Part shown: positions 48,837-63,935 of the stretch, piece after piece
How the letters are laid out: the number at the start of each line of letters is the position of its first letter
Position numbering within the stretch: position 1 is the first letter of the stretch
Assembly (NCBI GenBank): GCA_016748015.1
Contig: JAAOMT010000283.1
Coordinates: 587,277 to 651,276 of the forward strand
DNA: 64,000 nucleotides
Reading direction: 5' to 3'
DNA from: Geosiphon pyriformis uo1
Taxonomy: Eukaryota > Fungi > Glomeromycota
Made by a program: the position numbers and the translations under genes
The notes under the pieces: generated by a model
Told to the model about the DNA's origin: nothing
The model's input: the letters and a program-made list of their open reading frames with translations, nothing else
The model's database searches: none

Positions 48837-51800
48837 ATAAGTGGATTTAATTTAATTTAAAAGTTGGCTGTTTGAAAATTATTTTATTGGATTAAAAATT
48901 ATTTTCTCATATTTGAAAATCCCGATTTTAAAGCTCATAAAATATTTTGAAATACTATTTTATGTTTTTAATTAAAGCGAAAATCTTTTTTTTTTTTAAC
49001 AGAATTTAAGAAAGTATAGTTTTTTTTTCTAATTCATTGCTATTACAAAAAAAAACAATTTGTTAAAAAAAATTTGTATTATACTTTGACAGGTTAAAAA
49101 TAATAAACTAAACAAATGATAAAAATTAAAAAAAATTAAGAATAATATAAAATTTAGTTATTCTCATTAAAATAATGGATATATATATTTTTTATTTATA
49201 TTTTACCATCAAATAAGAAATAATTTATGGAATTTCACTATAAAACAATATTTTAAATAAAATCGTATTGAAACTTTTATGGATTGATTTAATCTAAGAT
49301 ATCTAATAATTGCATTCATTATAATATATTGTCAGAGCGTGAAATGTGGTTCACACTATGAGGCATCCCAACTAAAATAATTTATAGTTAATTTATATGC
49401 AATAATAAAACCTATTTTGCAATAAATGATGCTAATGGGTAGAATATATATATTTGGAAAACTCTATCACAATCCTATAAATTTTTGTTCAAAAAAAAAA
49501 TTAGATTGATTTTTAAATTTAAATATATATAGTTTTTTATAGTAAATAAATAAGTTTTACTTTTGATAGCATATAAAAAAAAGACTTTTTATTTGTTTTT
49601 ATAATTTTACTTACTTTAATTATGAAATTGTTGTGATTGGGGGGGGGAGGTTTTTTTTTACATACTTAAAGTAAATTATAAGAAAAACCTACATTTACCT
49701 TAGCTTTTTAAATTTTTATTTATAAATAAGAATAAATTTAATAAAATAAAAGGTTGAATTTAAATGATTGTAATTTTGAAATACTTCAAATCTTCCATAT
49801 TCTATTTTTTTAATTCAGAGTTATCAAGATTTTTTTACTCCCGAACTTTAAAAACTATACTAATTTATTTAAAAGGGCGAACCTCTATTTTGATCCGTAT
49901 TCACCGAAAGTAGATTAATAAAAGGTTTCTGATGAAATCTTAATTCTCTCATCGGGAATGCCAGTTAAATAAAATAATGTTTTTATTTTTTATTTTTTAA
50001 TTATTCTATTATTAGCTTTTAGCCACCCAAAATTTAATATTTTCTTAATGAAATTAATTATACTCAAGATCTTCTGTTGAGAAAATCGTTACTTAAAACT
50101 CTAACTCAAAATAGTGGTCATAAACCCTTTGAAGAAATTCACAATTAGTTGCAGATAGTATTGTCGATTTTCGCCTTTTAAAAAATGTATTAATCGATGA
50201 AATGAATACAAAAGAATAAATATCATTGAAAATATTATTAGTGAAAAAAAACTTTAAAATTTTATTTGAATTTACAAAAATTATTTTTATATTAAAGTAA
50301 TAAATATATATATAAACAAGAAAAAAAAATTAAAAAAATTATAACATTATTTTACATTAAACAATATATGTATATATATATATAATTTTTATAAAAATAT
50401 TTAAATTTACAAAAATTTTATTATTATTATATATTTATTATTAAAATTAAAATTATTCAAAATTTATAATTGGTATATATTATAAAATAAAATTACATTT
50501 TGAAAAATCATAAATTTTTATTTAAAAATTTATGATTAATTTAAATTAATCTAAAAGCCAATTTTACTTGCACAAAGTTTTAACTTAAATAATTTATGTG
50601 AAAAAATTTTGTTTTTAACAAAAAATTTGTATTAAAATTGTTAATTTTATATAATTATTAAGTATTTATATAATTATTATAAACATATAATTAATTTTGC
50701 TCTTTAATTAAATAATAAATTAAACAAAAATTAATCTCTTATTATCAAAAATAAACAAACAAGTACAATTTAAAATTATTAGTATTAATGAACATTATTT
50801 GAAAAAAATTCGAAAAATCTAATAAATCTTCGAAAATCCCATAATATCTCATTTTTTAAAAAAAAGAATAAGACTATATCAAAAAACAGAAAAAAGGTCC
50901 CCAATAAATCTTATTCATCCTAAACTCACAGCCTAGTTTTTAACGTACAATGATATTGGCAAAGTTCTTGAGAATAAATTTCGAAATTGAGATCTAAAAT
51001 GAATTAAATATTTTTTTGATTAATTCAAAATTTTATTTCATAAGCGATTATTAGTTTTACTAAATACTTGGAAACTACGGGAGTCGTTTTTTATTTTTGA
51101 AGGCCTATATTCATAAAAGAACAATGAAGGGCAAAGATCAATTTATCTCACATCTTTAAAATGTGATAATAACACGATAGCTGATAAAATTTGGTTGGTC
51201 AGTAAACTTGAAAAATTTGCTCAAGAAAATACTTGAATAAAAAAATTCAAAATCCATTTTGTTGTACATGGAATTGGAAAAATTTTCACGTTATTGTATA
51301 TTTATTTGAATTATTTTCCCTGTTTTTAAATCTGTCTCTATTTTGGTACTGCAAAATTAAGTTATGAATTATTAAAAAAAGTTGCTGTCAATATCGGGAA
51401 TAATGAAAAAAAATTTTTAAGCTAAATTGTTTTTTTTTTGTGAAATTAATGTATGGAACAGATTTTTTTTTACCATTAAGAAAATAATAAAGTGAAAATG
51501 GAAAATAAAGCGTTCCAAATTGAAAACAAGAGCCGAATCAAAAATGATTCAACTGTAATAAAATTATTTACGCCATTATTTGACTCATGGGATAAAATCA
51601 TGGAAGGACCAATTTTAAATGAGTACTTGGTAAGCTTTACACATGCATTCATAAAATTATATTTTTTCCAATTTGTTCAATCTTTACTGTTATAGCAGAT
51701 AAAGCTAGTTAACATTCTTGCATTAGTTAACAGCTCATCACTTTCCGTATCATATTACCATTGTGATATTGGCCAATTTAAAATATTTTTATGACAAGTC

Positions 51801-53734
51801 AATATCTCTTGACCATCGTAGAGGTTTCTTTGGCTCGTTTTTTTGTGGAAAATCAAAAATCTCCAATAAATGATTGAAAATCCATAACGAAGTTTGGAAA
51901 AACATAGAACTCATCGAAAATCTGTTACTGTTACTTTTCAATTTTTGATTGGTAGAGTTTTGAGATTTGAATTCCAACATAAATTTTTGAAATTTCATTC
52001 ATTTATTACCCTCATAACGTAAATAGGCTATTATTACTAGTGTAAAATGAGATAACTCAATTTTCAAGTATCTCATCAATATTTATTTTAATTGCGTGAA
52101 AAAAAAGGTGCACTCTATGTAATCTATTTTATATTTATATGCTATCCCGGTTTACATGTTTATTGAAAAAACTTTTTTTGATTTCGTGTTATATAAAGAA
52201 TAAGTTTTAATATTAGATTTTTAAAATCCAATTTATTTCGGAAACAAAACTCTGTTTTTAAAAAAGTTATTTGCACATAATAAAAAATTTTGAAATTTAA
52301 GCAGAATATATAAAGTTTCATAATAGATAAATAGAGATAATATTTTTCAAATCAATCTTCAAAAATATTTATTTTATAAGGCATTTCGCTCTGGATATTG
52401 CTAAAATATTGATACTATTGAGAACATCTTCTCTTTATCAAAATGTAATTAAAGATAATAATTTCAAAAAGGTTTAATCACCTGTTTAAAACAATAGGTA
52501 GCCTAATTTCAGAGATTACTCCTTTTTGAGTTTGAAAAGATGTAGGGAGAAAACTTTTTAAATTAACTTTGAAAATTGGTGGTATATTAAATTTCCCATT
52601 TTGAAAACTGTTAAGAAAAAAGGTTGTAATAAAAAATTTCTGTATTCTTATTTATGCTGGCTCTAAAGAATTTAAAATTTTTTGAGAAAATTGATACATT
52701 GAATAATGTAAATATATAAATTGAAATTTCAATTTGGAAGATATTTTTTTTTTTAAGAAAGTTTGTTCATAGACTTGAAATTATTCCTCACTAAAACCGA
52801 AATTGTTTCATTTGATAAAAACGGATCCTAGTCATTTTGATATAACAAGATTAAATGTTTTTTATAGCTTCACAAACTTTGAAGTAACCAATATTTTTTG
52901 TTCTTATTCCTTTAAAACTTTGCTTTATCAACTGGGTTTTTTTGTAAGTAATTAATTCTCCCGTCTTTCTCATTTTAAGTTTAGTTTAGTTTATTTATGA
53001 TTCTTAGTTTGACTGGGAAGAATCAATTTATTCTTAAAACCTATCAGCTAAAGAAATTCTTTATTTGAAATACTTTGATTTGAAAGTCCTAAAATCTTTT
53101 ATATAAAGACAGAAGAAATGATGGAATTTATTTTTTTAAAATAAATTCTAATAAAAAGTATCCATAATGTTATGGTATTCTTAAGTGAGAATGAATTATG
53201 ATAAAATTTTCAAACTTTCAAATTTAAAAGGTTATAAATTTTGACATGTTTTATATAACATATTCAAATATCAACCAATACATACAATATCTAAAAAAAA
53301 ATCTTTGAAAAGGTTATATAAAGTATTTACCAAGTTGTTTGAAAATTTTCGGTTTTTTTTCTATCAATATGTTGATTGGTAAATATTCCCGGATACTCAT
53401 TTATGAATTGAGATGAAAAATCCTCAAAACATATAAAAAAGCAGTTTCTAAATAATGGTTCAATTAAACTGGTTTTATCGACTCACTAAAATCCAAGATA
53501 ATCCTACAACCTTAGAACTTGATTATGCTTTAGATTTTCATTTAACCTAAAATAGCGATAAGACAATATCGGCCTTTTTTGCGCCTTGAGTTCCAGAAGA
53601 TCTCTACCCGTTTAAGATTATAAAAGAGGGGCGTCTATTTTCAGAATATTCTAACATTCCAGATTTTTTTAAAATTGAAATTCTTATTTATTAGTAAGAC
53701 GAACTCTTCTTTACCCATACAAAATATTAAAATC

Positions 53735-56060
53735 ATGTCTTCAACTTCATCAATTGAAAACCCAAATTCACCCCTTGACTGGCTTGAAGGAGCATTGATT
53801 GTCTTCAAAGAAAGTTTGACCATTTTTCCAACTAGTGAATATTCAAAAGTTGCTGAGTTGGTGAAAAAATATCTTCTAAACAATCAGAAAACACCTGAAA
53901 ATTTATTCTATTATTTGAAAAATAAAAGTTTTAAGAGTTCGACAGATCATATTTTACTCGGCTTTTCTTTAGAACATGGAATTGGAACTATTCCCAATTT
54001 AACAAAAGCTTTTCTAGAATATCAGAAAGCAGCAAATGCAAAAGATTCTTTTAGACAATTCTTCTTAGGTTATTGTTATAATAATGGAATTGGTACTTCA
54101 CAAGATCGAGTAAAAGAATTTGAACTCTATTAAAAAGCATCAGAGACGGGAAATTTACTTGCACAAACTAATCTTGCAACATGTTATATAAATGGATTAG
54201 GAACAACGAAAAATAACGAAAAAGCATTTAAACTCTATTCAAAAGCAGCAGAGGCGGGATATTCAGTTGCACAAACCCAACTTAGAACATATTATATAAA
54301 TGGACTGCAAACAATGAAAGATCTAGAAAAAGAGGGAAATCCGTGTCCTCAAACCAATATTGAAATGTATTATCTAAATGGATTGGGAACAGCGAAAAGT
54401 CTAGAAGAAAAGTTTGAGTTCTATTTAAAAGCAGCAGAGATGGAAAATCAAATTGCACAATACAACCTTGGATGGTGCTATCAAAATAGATGGGGGACCA
54501 CAAAAAACTTATTAAAAGCATTTGAAATTTATTCGAAAGCAGCAGAGAAAAATTACTCAAATTATTGAAATGATTTTCCTAATTTGAATGCCCTTGACCT
54601 CACTTTACAGGATCAAAATGACCTAGGATGTTTCATTTTGCAATTTCAAAATCGAGGATTAAGATTTTGAAGCTTTCTTTGACCTGCTTTCAGATGAATT
54701 CAAGTGTCTTAAATGTGGTAACTTGGTTATAATCATTAACCGGTCTCCTATATGTCCATTTTGTGATACTGGGAAAAGGGATAATAATGTATTTGAAGCC
54801 GGCTTGCCGAAATGTCCAGAATGCTATCGCACATTAAAAGATCCACTTTAGTGTAAATCTTGTGAATCATTACGATTTACCAAGATTCGGGGAACATGGA
54901 ATAGTGGAAATGATAATATTAATCATTATATATACCACACACAGAATATTTCTGAAAGCTCCAGGAAGTGGGAGAGGGAGGATTTGGTGTTATTAAAAAA
55001 GGTAGTTGGGAGAGAGGCAAAATTCTATTTTGGGACAAAAAAAATCAAAAATATGAACGGAGTGGTGTTACAAAAGTTGCTTTGAAATATCTCAATGATA
55101 GTCAAAGTATAAAGTATATTAATTCAGATGAGGTATTTCCTTTTAAGAAATCAGTGTGATTTTTATTATTCTAATTTCTTTTTCTAACAGTAGGAAACGT
55201 ATTGAAATAGTTTATTGCCCATCTTGACTGTGCTTCTTGCAAATACATCCTTGAATGTTATGGAATAACCAAAGATATCATAAGCGATGAATTTATTATG
55301 GTTTTGCCATTTGCGGAACATGGGGACCTTAGAGCTTTTCTCAAGATGAACGAAACCACTCTTACTTGGGAAATGTTTCTTCGTATTCTTTTCCAAATTG
55401 TTAGTGGTCTAAGATTTATACATGACTCAAATCTGGTTCATGGGGACTTGCATCCTGGAAATATCCTTGTTTTGAAAACAAATCCCTTAAAAGTTGTCAT
55501 TTCTGATCTTGGATTCTGTCGTCCTGCCAATTACTCTCCACAGCGTGACGACATCTTTGGTGTTGTTCAATACTCAGCGCCTTAAGTTTGTAACTTGTCG
55601 CCACATACCATGCACAGCGACATTTATAGTTGTGCCATAATTTCCTGGGAAATCATTTCAGGAAAAAGACCATGGAATGAGGTTAAAAATGTACATTCAG
55701 GGAGAACGCCCTATAATCGAAAAGCATATACCTCAATGTATTCATGAAATGATTGAAAAAAATTGGGATAGTAATCCGGCTTGTCGCGACACTGCAGAAC
55801 AACTTCAACAAAGAGTTATTGCTGCTCGCGATAACTGCAACTTAAATGAATCTGTTTGTGAAAAAAGATCTAATTCCAATGAAGATGCTATCCATAATAC
55901 GACAGGATATACAAGTAAAATAATCACGAAACCTACATTTTCTACAAATGGTAAGCTTTTCATTTATTATTATTTAATTTTTTGAGATTTTTTTAATATA
56001 AAGGCTTTTTTTCAGAGTTGAATTTGGCGTTTGGTTAAGTTAGCAATGATGGATTAATCC
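53735..56060 (+). pseudogene. Sel1-repeat plus tyrosine-kinase-like protein kinase pseudogene
   Basis: Sel1 repeats (LGYCYNNGIGT, AQYNLGWCYQN), CPECY...WNSGN, GEGGFG, VALK, VHGDLHPGNIL, SDLG, YSAP* (APE lost); introns ~55133-55190 and ~55951-56015; several stops and frameshifts; TATA-like TATAAAA ~53619. Confidence 0.9.
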
Positions 56061-58900
56061 ATGGTATGTACGAATTGAAGAAATCAAGTTCCGACGATAT
56101 TTAATTTGGAATAGATGAAGAATTTGAGAGAGGAATCGATTCTTTAATTATATTTAAAATATAGTATAGATAATCATATATAGTTTCATCTTTTGTATCT
56201 ATTTAAAAAAGTTTGATTTTGAAGGTTCTTGATTATAAAGCGTTTCCTTATCAATTTTATTTAACCCAAAACGGATATTTTCCCTTTGATATGTAGGATG
56301 CTGCAACAAAAATCTGAAAAAGTGATCATGTGACGTTACAATGTAGACAATTTTTTGTTATTCCATAGTCACAAAAGATGAATAGCAGGATGTTTGTTTA
56401 TTGGACTAAAGCTCATTTTCTACAAAATATCTATTAATTTTTCATCAAACAAATCTGTTTAAACCCCAATTTTTCTTTTCAGAATATTTTATGTTGAATA
56501 AAAGTCATTAAATTCATTGCTAAAATTATTAAACAAAGCTCATTATACTCATACTAACAATTTTAAGCTGAAGTCTAATTCATTTAATTCCTTACGTTTA
56601 ATTAGTGACCAAGTGGTTTGAACATGAAACTAAATTAAAATACTATAAAGTCAAGTAATTAAATTTATTGTCGAGATTACTGAACTCCTTAATTTTTTTA
56701 TTAGAATTATTTATCCAATTTTTATTGAAATTAGTTTTTTTTAAATAAATATAAATGACAAGGACATTTTACATGAGACGAATTATAACAGCAACGATAC
56801 TTTTTATGCTTTATTTCTTCTACTTAATGTTTTTAACATGTCAAATATGGAGCGATAGACCAGTACTTGAGAGTTTATCACAAGAAAAGGTTAATTTCTT
56901 AAAAATTTTCAGTTTTTTCAAAAAAAAAAAAATTGTATGAAAATTCTCACTTCAAAACTTGATTTCAATATGACAAATTAAAGAGATAGAATTCATTTAT
57001 AATTTCAGATGTTGAGATGTGTAGTTATGGTATTAACATCTATTTTTATGTTTATAGCTGTTTATAAATAAAAACACATCAAATAACAATTTTTTTTTAA
57101 ACCAAAAAATTGAATAAAAACTTTTGAATAAAACAGTTTTTAAATTAAAAAAAAATTATAAAAACATGTTATTTTACATAAAAATTATTGAAATTTTTAT
57201 TTTGAAAATTAACCAAATGATTGAAAATTATAATAAAAAACAATCAAAATATATTAACTGTTTTATTCAAATTTATTTATAAAAATCTATATTTCAAAAT
57301 TATAAACTTGATAAGAATAATTATTAAAAAAAAATTATTTATCTTAATTTATTTATTATTTTTCAGTCGTAATATTATTTTTTTCTGTCTATAGATAAAG
57401 ATTTTAATAAATTGCAACTAATATTTGTAATTTCAAATTATATAGCTATAAATAGTTGTAATTAATGTAATTTTTATTTGTTACATTTCCAATTTTATTT
57501 TTATTTTAATTATATTATGTTTTTTAGTTGAAACTAATTATTTTTGGTATTTTTTAAAGTATTGGTTGAAATATAGCATCATTTTATTTTATTACACATT
57601 GTATTTGTTAATGAAAACAATAATAATTTTGTTTCATTTTATTTTTCATAGATAAATTGCTCTTTGATAAGCCAAATTACAACTTTTTTTAAACTGAAAA
57701 TAAAGTCATGCAAATGAGATAAAAGATATATTAAATGAATGCAAATATTTTTTTTCCAATTAAACCATAGTTTTATTTATATTAAAATGTGATTGCAAAT
57801 GAGTGATAAATAATTATTACATAAATTGCAACTAATTACATATATATATATAATTTTCACAAGATGGTGTAGAAAGCATTCCTACCAGAATTTTATAAAG
57901 TTGATTAAAAAAAAATTTTTAAAATTTATAAATTTAAATTTTTAAATATTTTTAATTCAAAACATCAAATATGAGACAAAATTTCTTAAAAATCTTTATA
58001 TTGTGATTTTATACAAAGTTTTACTCTGAAATTTTGGCTTAAAAATTTTATTAAAGTATTTCGAAATATTCAAGAATCATTTTAAATCCGTCTAAATAAT
58101 ATTATTCTCCAAGAATTGCATGCCATCACATTATCTATTTGAAAATTTTGTTGCGATATTTATAATTTATTTTGAAAAGTGGGTGCATGTGGAATAGCTG
58201 ATATCAAAAGTTTTTTTTAAGTCTTTTGACTGTAAATCAAAACGAAATTAGCGAATCAATAAATTGAACACGATCTGGTATCATTTTTATAATAACTTTA
58301 TCGATATTTTTCCAACCTGTTTGCATCTTTAAACTGATGAAATTGAATCAAGGATCTTGGGAAATCTTTGTCTGCAATCCTTTTCCACGACACATAAAAT
58401 GTAATTTGCATAATTATTTGATATTGTAATTAAAAATTTGACGACTCCTTAGTGTTAAATTAATGTTAAGCCTTAAAATTTCTATGACACCTTGCCGAAA
58501 AGAGTTCACTATTCTTTAAATCTTTCAAACATTAATCTCTCGTTGAAAAGAATTGCCAAGTTGCCTTATTTTGTAAGAATCTGAATATTTTGAATTAATG
58601 TGAATATTTTGATGATACTTTATTTTGTTGATATCTTAGATCCAGGAATTGAAAAGATTCTTTTTGCAAAAATGCAATGAAGCTAGGATTCATCATGGAA
58701 TGATTTCTTGATCTTGATAATAATTCAAATAACTTTTTTATTTATAACCTTTGATCTTTCAAGAAGCTTTCGAGAAAAATCTAAATTTACTTGTTTCAAT
58801 ATTTTTGTTTGAAAACAAATAAAAGTTTTTTTTTTACTTTCTATCAAAATTAAAATTTTCTGAATTCTTGTTTTCTATATTCTATTAAATTTTTTCTCAA

Positions 58901-59992
58901 ATGCCTTGAGTACAATCAAAAAGAAAATCACAAAGTTTGATAAATAGAGCGTCAAAAATAATTCCTTTAATATAATATAATATGATTCTTAATTCTAAAT
59001 TTCATTTTTGTCTACAAGAAATATTAAATAAATCAATTGAATATCCACGACTCACAAATACAAGAAGGACCATGCAATCACTTCGCGAAATATATTCCTT
59101 AGCCGACTGGGATATTGAAAAGTTTATCGTTAACCAAAACGAATATTTTACCGAACATTGGTCTGAACGTAATATTGAAATTGGCAACCCATTGTATAAT
59201 CTTGTTCTTCATCTTCGTTTGATTAGCCTTAAAGCGACGCACCAGACTTTTGTGTATTCTTCCTATCCAACGATTCTTGAAGTAGGTCAGCTCAGTGAAA
59301 CATCTCCATCCAGCTCCTTGGATCCAAATCGTAGGGAAATTTCAAAACCAAGAGCCTGGCAAAATTATGAGGCTTGAAAACTTAAGTTTTTGCAAATTGC
59401 TAAAATTCTTTATTCGATTCAAGCTTACAATCTTGATAACAATGATTTGAAAGAAGCTATATTGGCTGTTGAGAATATGTTTGTTTTGCCAGATTGGTGC
59501 CTTTTGAATCCTGGCAGAATCTCAGTAAAGGAGAAGAAAATTGCCGGATGGGTTCATGAGGAGGAGAGTGAACGAGATATAAAAAATATACTTGATGATT
59601 TCTGGAAATTTGTGGAAGATAGATGGAATATAGTTATATTTAAAGATGAAAATGGGATTGAAAATAAGCCCAAAAAGCAACAAAAGCCAAAAATTGTACA
59701 TGAAGTTGATGATGAGAGCGAGGATTACCAGGAGAATTTAAAGGTCAAGGCTGAGTTTGTTGATGATAAAGATTTGATGATTGATCGATCCAGATACACC
59801 ATTTTGGCCGGGATTACGCATTTTGAAAAAAAGTTAAAGAGTTACTATATCAAGAATGAAAAAAGTAAGCTTTGATATTTTACAAAATTTAAAATTAAGT
59901 TTTAGAGTTATAATTTTCATCTATATTTGAAACAAGGTGCAGCCTTGGCCGAGAGTATTCAACCTAGGATTGGAACACAATTGAGGAGCTAA
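58901..59992 (+). pseudogene. Three-exon gene of unknown function with two TGA nonsense codons
   Basis: ORFs 58982-59377 and 59390-59875 share a frame, separated by one TGA; GT..AG introns (~58935-59018, 59865-59936) preserve the frame from ATG 58901 (codon 3 TGA) to TAA 59992. Confidence 0.6.
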
Positions 59993-60227
59993 TTCATGAA
60001 TTAAAAGTAAAATTTTTCAAATTATTTTTAAATGTATTGAAAAAGGTAAGGGTAATTAAATGAAATTTTTCGTTTGTAAAAAATATTTTTTTTTTAATAA
60101 ATCTGAATATTAAATTCAATAATTTTTTAGGTTTCGTAAACTTTTCATCTTATAAATGATCAAATGCCTATAAAAATTATTAATTGAAATTTTCTAGCTA
60201 TTTTAAAATTTAAAAAACTCGAATTCT

Positions 60228-60268
<41 letters not shown>

Positions 60269-61026
60269 TAATAATAATAATAAATAAAATTTAAAAATGT
60301 AAATTTAAATTAAATTACAACTTAATTTAAAACAATCAAGTTTTGACAGAAAGATTGAAAAATTGTTTTAAATTTTTACATTTATAAAATTTAGGATCAT
60401 CCTGAAATTAAAATAGATATACAATTAAATTAATTCATATGATTTTATATATATGCCTCACGGAATATCTAAAACAAATCATCAAAAATTCTTAAAATAA
60501 ATGAGATTTTCTTTTATATTCTCACTCAGAACCCGATTAAGAATACCACATGTTAATAATAATAATAATAATAGAATATCAACTTATATAAATGAAGAAT
60601 AGATTTCAAATAAAAAAGACAAAATTTTAATTTTAATTAACAAACATTTTAATTGTTAATCTATTTTTCGAAGTCAAATAAAATAAATAAATATCTATAT
60701 ATATATATATACATTCATAAAGTAAGATTATTCCCTTAAACTTATCTTTGCAGGAAAAAATAATAGTCAAAATAAGATTTTTTGTACAAATGGATAAAAA
60801 TATTTCAAGATTTTAGAATATCATTATAAATTAATGCTTTGATGTTTTCCATGTTCTTCATGTTTTAACTTTTATATAAATTTTGAATTTACAAATATTA
60901 TTCAAGTAGAATGATTATAAAAGTGGGCTTAAAATCTCAATATTAAGACAAAAAAATAACAAAATTTTTATTTTCTAAAGGCTACCTCTTGACAGTTAAA
61001 TACAAAAAGAAAAAATTGATAATATA

Positions 61027-61092
61027 TATTTGATATTTTAATATTTTGATATTTTAATATTTTGATATTTTGATATTTTGATATTTTGATAT
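61027..61092. repeat. (TTTTGATA)n 8-bp minisatellite
   Basis: ~8 copies. Confidence 0.85.
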
Positions 61093-61346
61093 ATTTTTAG
61101 GCAAAAGCAAGTTTTCAAAGTAGCTTTTGAATAGAAAAAAAAAAAGTGTTATACCCATAAAACTTAAGAAAAAAAAATTAATACAGGAAAAAAACAGCTA
61201 CAGACAAAGTTCAAATATTTGTATATTCACTTTTTTGAAAACATATTTTTAGTTTAGTAAATAAATACAGGAAAAAAAATGTAACATTTTGAGAAGTCGT
61301 GGATATACTCATGCGACAAAATTTTAATAATTGTAACCTACTCCTA

Positions 61347-61384
<38 letters not shown>

Positions 61385-61422
61385 TTCTTTCTCTCTCTCT
61401 CTCTTTCTTTCTCTCTCTCTCC
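61347..61422. repeat. (CT)n microsatellite
   Basis: Seen directly. Confidence 0.95.
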
Positions 61423-62530
61423 CAATTACCTGAATGTTATTTCAAATTTTGTGACAGACTCACTTTCACAAAAATTGTAAATTTATTGAAATCCAGAAAA
61501 TTCTAAAACCTGTTCAAATAAAGCACTGATTGGATAAACGATCAAGCATCTTTGAGGAGAGCTTAACTTATTTAATCAGCAATGATCTACACTTTAGACT
61601 TGAATTCATACTTTGCCCAAAAAGTACGATCCAAAAGGTCCCGAATAATAAAATTGATTTAAATTGGAATAATTGGAGATATCAACATTAACAAAGATGG
61701 TTAGTTTATTATTTTCTAATTGATAAAGTAAATCCTATATTAAATTTATTCCCAAATTTTTTATTATCAATTTTCTCAAGTTTTGCTATTGTGTGTAATA
61801 CAAGCAAAATTAATTTATTTGAATTACTAAATATCGACCTTTTTAAATAGAGAGATTCATTTTTATTTTTTTTTTAATGTTCAAATGACACAACAAATTT
61901 TTGGGGTAAGATAATTTTAGTATATTTTGTATTTCAAATTGACTTTTTTTCAAATAAAATCATTGCTAAAAACTTGTTTTTTGGCGATATTTTGTGTTAC
62001 TTTCAACTGCTGTTTAATCATTATTTGCCGAATTAAAATTGCAAAGTGGGAAAATTGATCAGGCTTTGGTTAGTAGTTTTTTCTATGAAAAAAAAAAAAA
62101 AGAAAAAGGGTTTTCATATTTTTTAGGCCAATTTGAAATTTTCGTGAAACGAATGCGTCGCCCAATATAGCTTTTAGTAAACGAAAAAATTATTTTCTGT
62201 TGCCAAGTCGAGCCGTCCAATCATATTAAAAAGAATTTCATGCATTAAGTTTTATATGGAGAAAATTAAAGTAGAAGCTTTTAAAACTCACATCGGCCTG
62301 ATATAGGGTAATTCAGGATTCGGAGATTTCTGTTCATTTAAAGATTTAGTAAAAAAATTTCCTAAATATTACCTAACTTACCTAATTTTTTCCCTCAAAA
62401 GTGTTGTACGAAATTGTCAATCATCAAAAATACACCTATTACATCATTCTTAATGTTATTTTCTTTTTAAATATTTTAATTGAATAAATTTTTTTAGTCA
62501 AAAAAGCTTTGAGACCTTCCTCAAAATATT

Positions 62531-62571
<41 letters not shown>

Positions 62572-63395
62572 TTAATATATTCAGAATTTTCGCTAAATAA
62601 TATCCTGTCAAACAAGTTCATATCACACTACATTATCAGCCCCTCATTCGGCTTAACTTTCTAAGCCTACAAGGGGAACCCAAAAATGTCAAAGCTTTTT
62701 TTGATCAATATTAGTAAAGAGTTTTCAGGTATACGTTAGACAAAACAACCCCACACAAGTTGAAAAACCAAAGGTTTGTATCGTAAATGCACGCATTTTT
62801 AAAAAACAGACCGCTCTAGACCCAGCTTTGCAATCAAAAAAAAACAATTATGTAATTAGTTTTGCATTGTTTGTTTTTTCGTTAAATGAATGCAGGAAAA
62901 AGAAGTAGAACAACCAATTTTTGGAAGAGTGACAAAGATTGCATCAAAACATAAATTAAAAAATTATCTTTTTGAGCCTTTGTGTTTTAGATGAAATTAA
63001 TGGATATGCTCCAGTATCGGAGTTTCCCTTACTTTGAATATTAATATAGAAGCTGTATTGGGAGTTTTCTGTGTGTAGTAAAAATATAATTTTCATATAG
63101 CAGCAGTAACAGCTGTTGCTGCAACAATTTAAATTAAATCCTTTAGAAAACAAGAATAAACACATGCATAATATGAACATATACTTAGTATATTTTGAGG
63201 TAATCTAGGTCAAAATCCTTTAGCCATTGTTTTAAACAATCATGCATCGTCTTCTGGAAATAAATAAAAAAAGGTGTGAAATAAATATCTTTTTTTCGTG
63301 ATCAACGCCTAATCTTTAGTTTTCCAATGTCTGTGTGTGTACCTGGAAAAATAATTGTTTACTTTTGAGAATGATTGATCAATATTATAATAATA

Positions 63396-63502
<107 letters not shown>

Positions 63503-63826
63503 TTTATTATAATTATTCTTTATTATAATCATTATCAGTTATTGTTCAAAACGACGGCATGATGCGAAGACTATCTATGGCACGACATGGCACCACAGGA
63601 TTTTCGACCCTTCTAGAGCCGATCACACTGATTTGACGCGAGAACACAGGAATAGTTTTTATTTGGTGAAACGAAAACACCTTACATTAAATAAGCACTT
63701 TTGTGTATATTAAAGGTAAAAATTTTTAAACAGGACGGCCCAGTCTTCATGAATTATTTATCCTTTGTTAAAAAAGAAAAAGATTGGAAATTGGATTCTT
63801 GAATTACACTGCACAAAATAATATCA

Positions 63827-63827
63827 T

Positions 63828-63893
<66 letters not shown>

Positions 63894-63935
63894 CACTGCT
63901 ACTATTACTACTACCACTGCTACTAATACTTACCA
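63827..63935. repeat. (ACT)n microsatellite with degenerate tail
   Basis: Seen directly. Confidence 0.95.

Noticed and set aside
58180-58800. Slightly GC-richer stretches (also 28850-30250, 51480-52000, 62130-62850) as possible gene remnants
   Set aside because: Only short open frames and no motif I can support
59375-59377. In-frame TGA as evidence of genetic code 4 or selenocysteine
   Set aside because: Spliceosomal introns indicate nuclear origin, and TGG>TGA fits the local mutation bias
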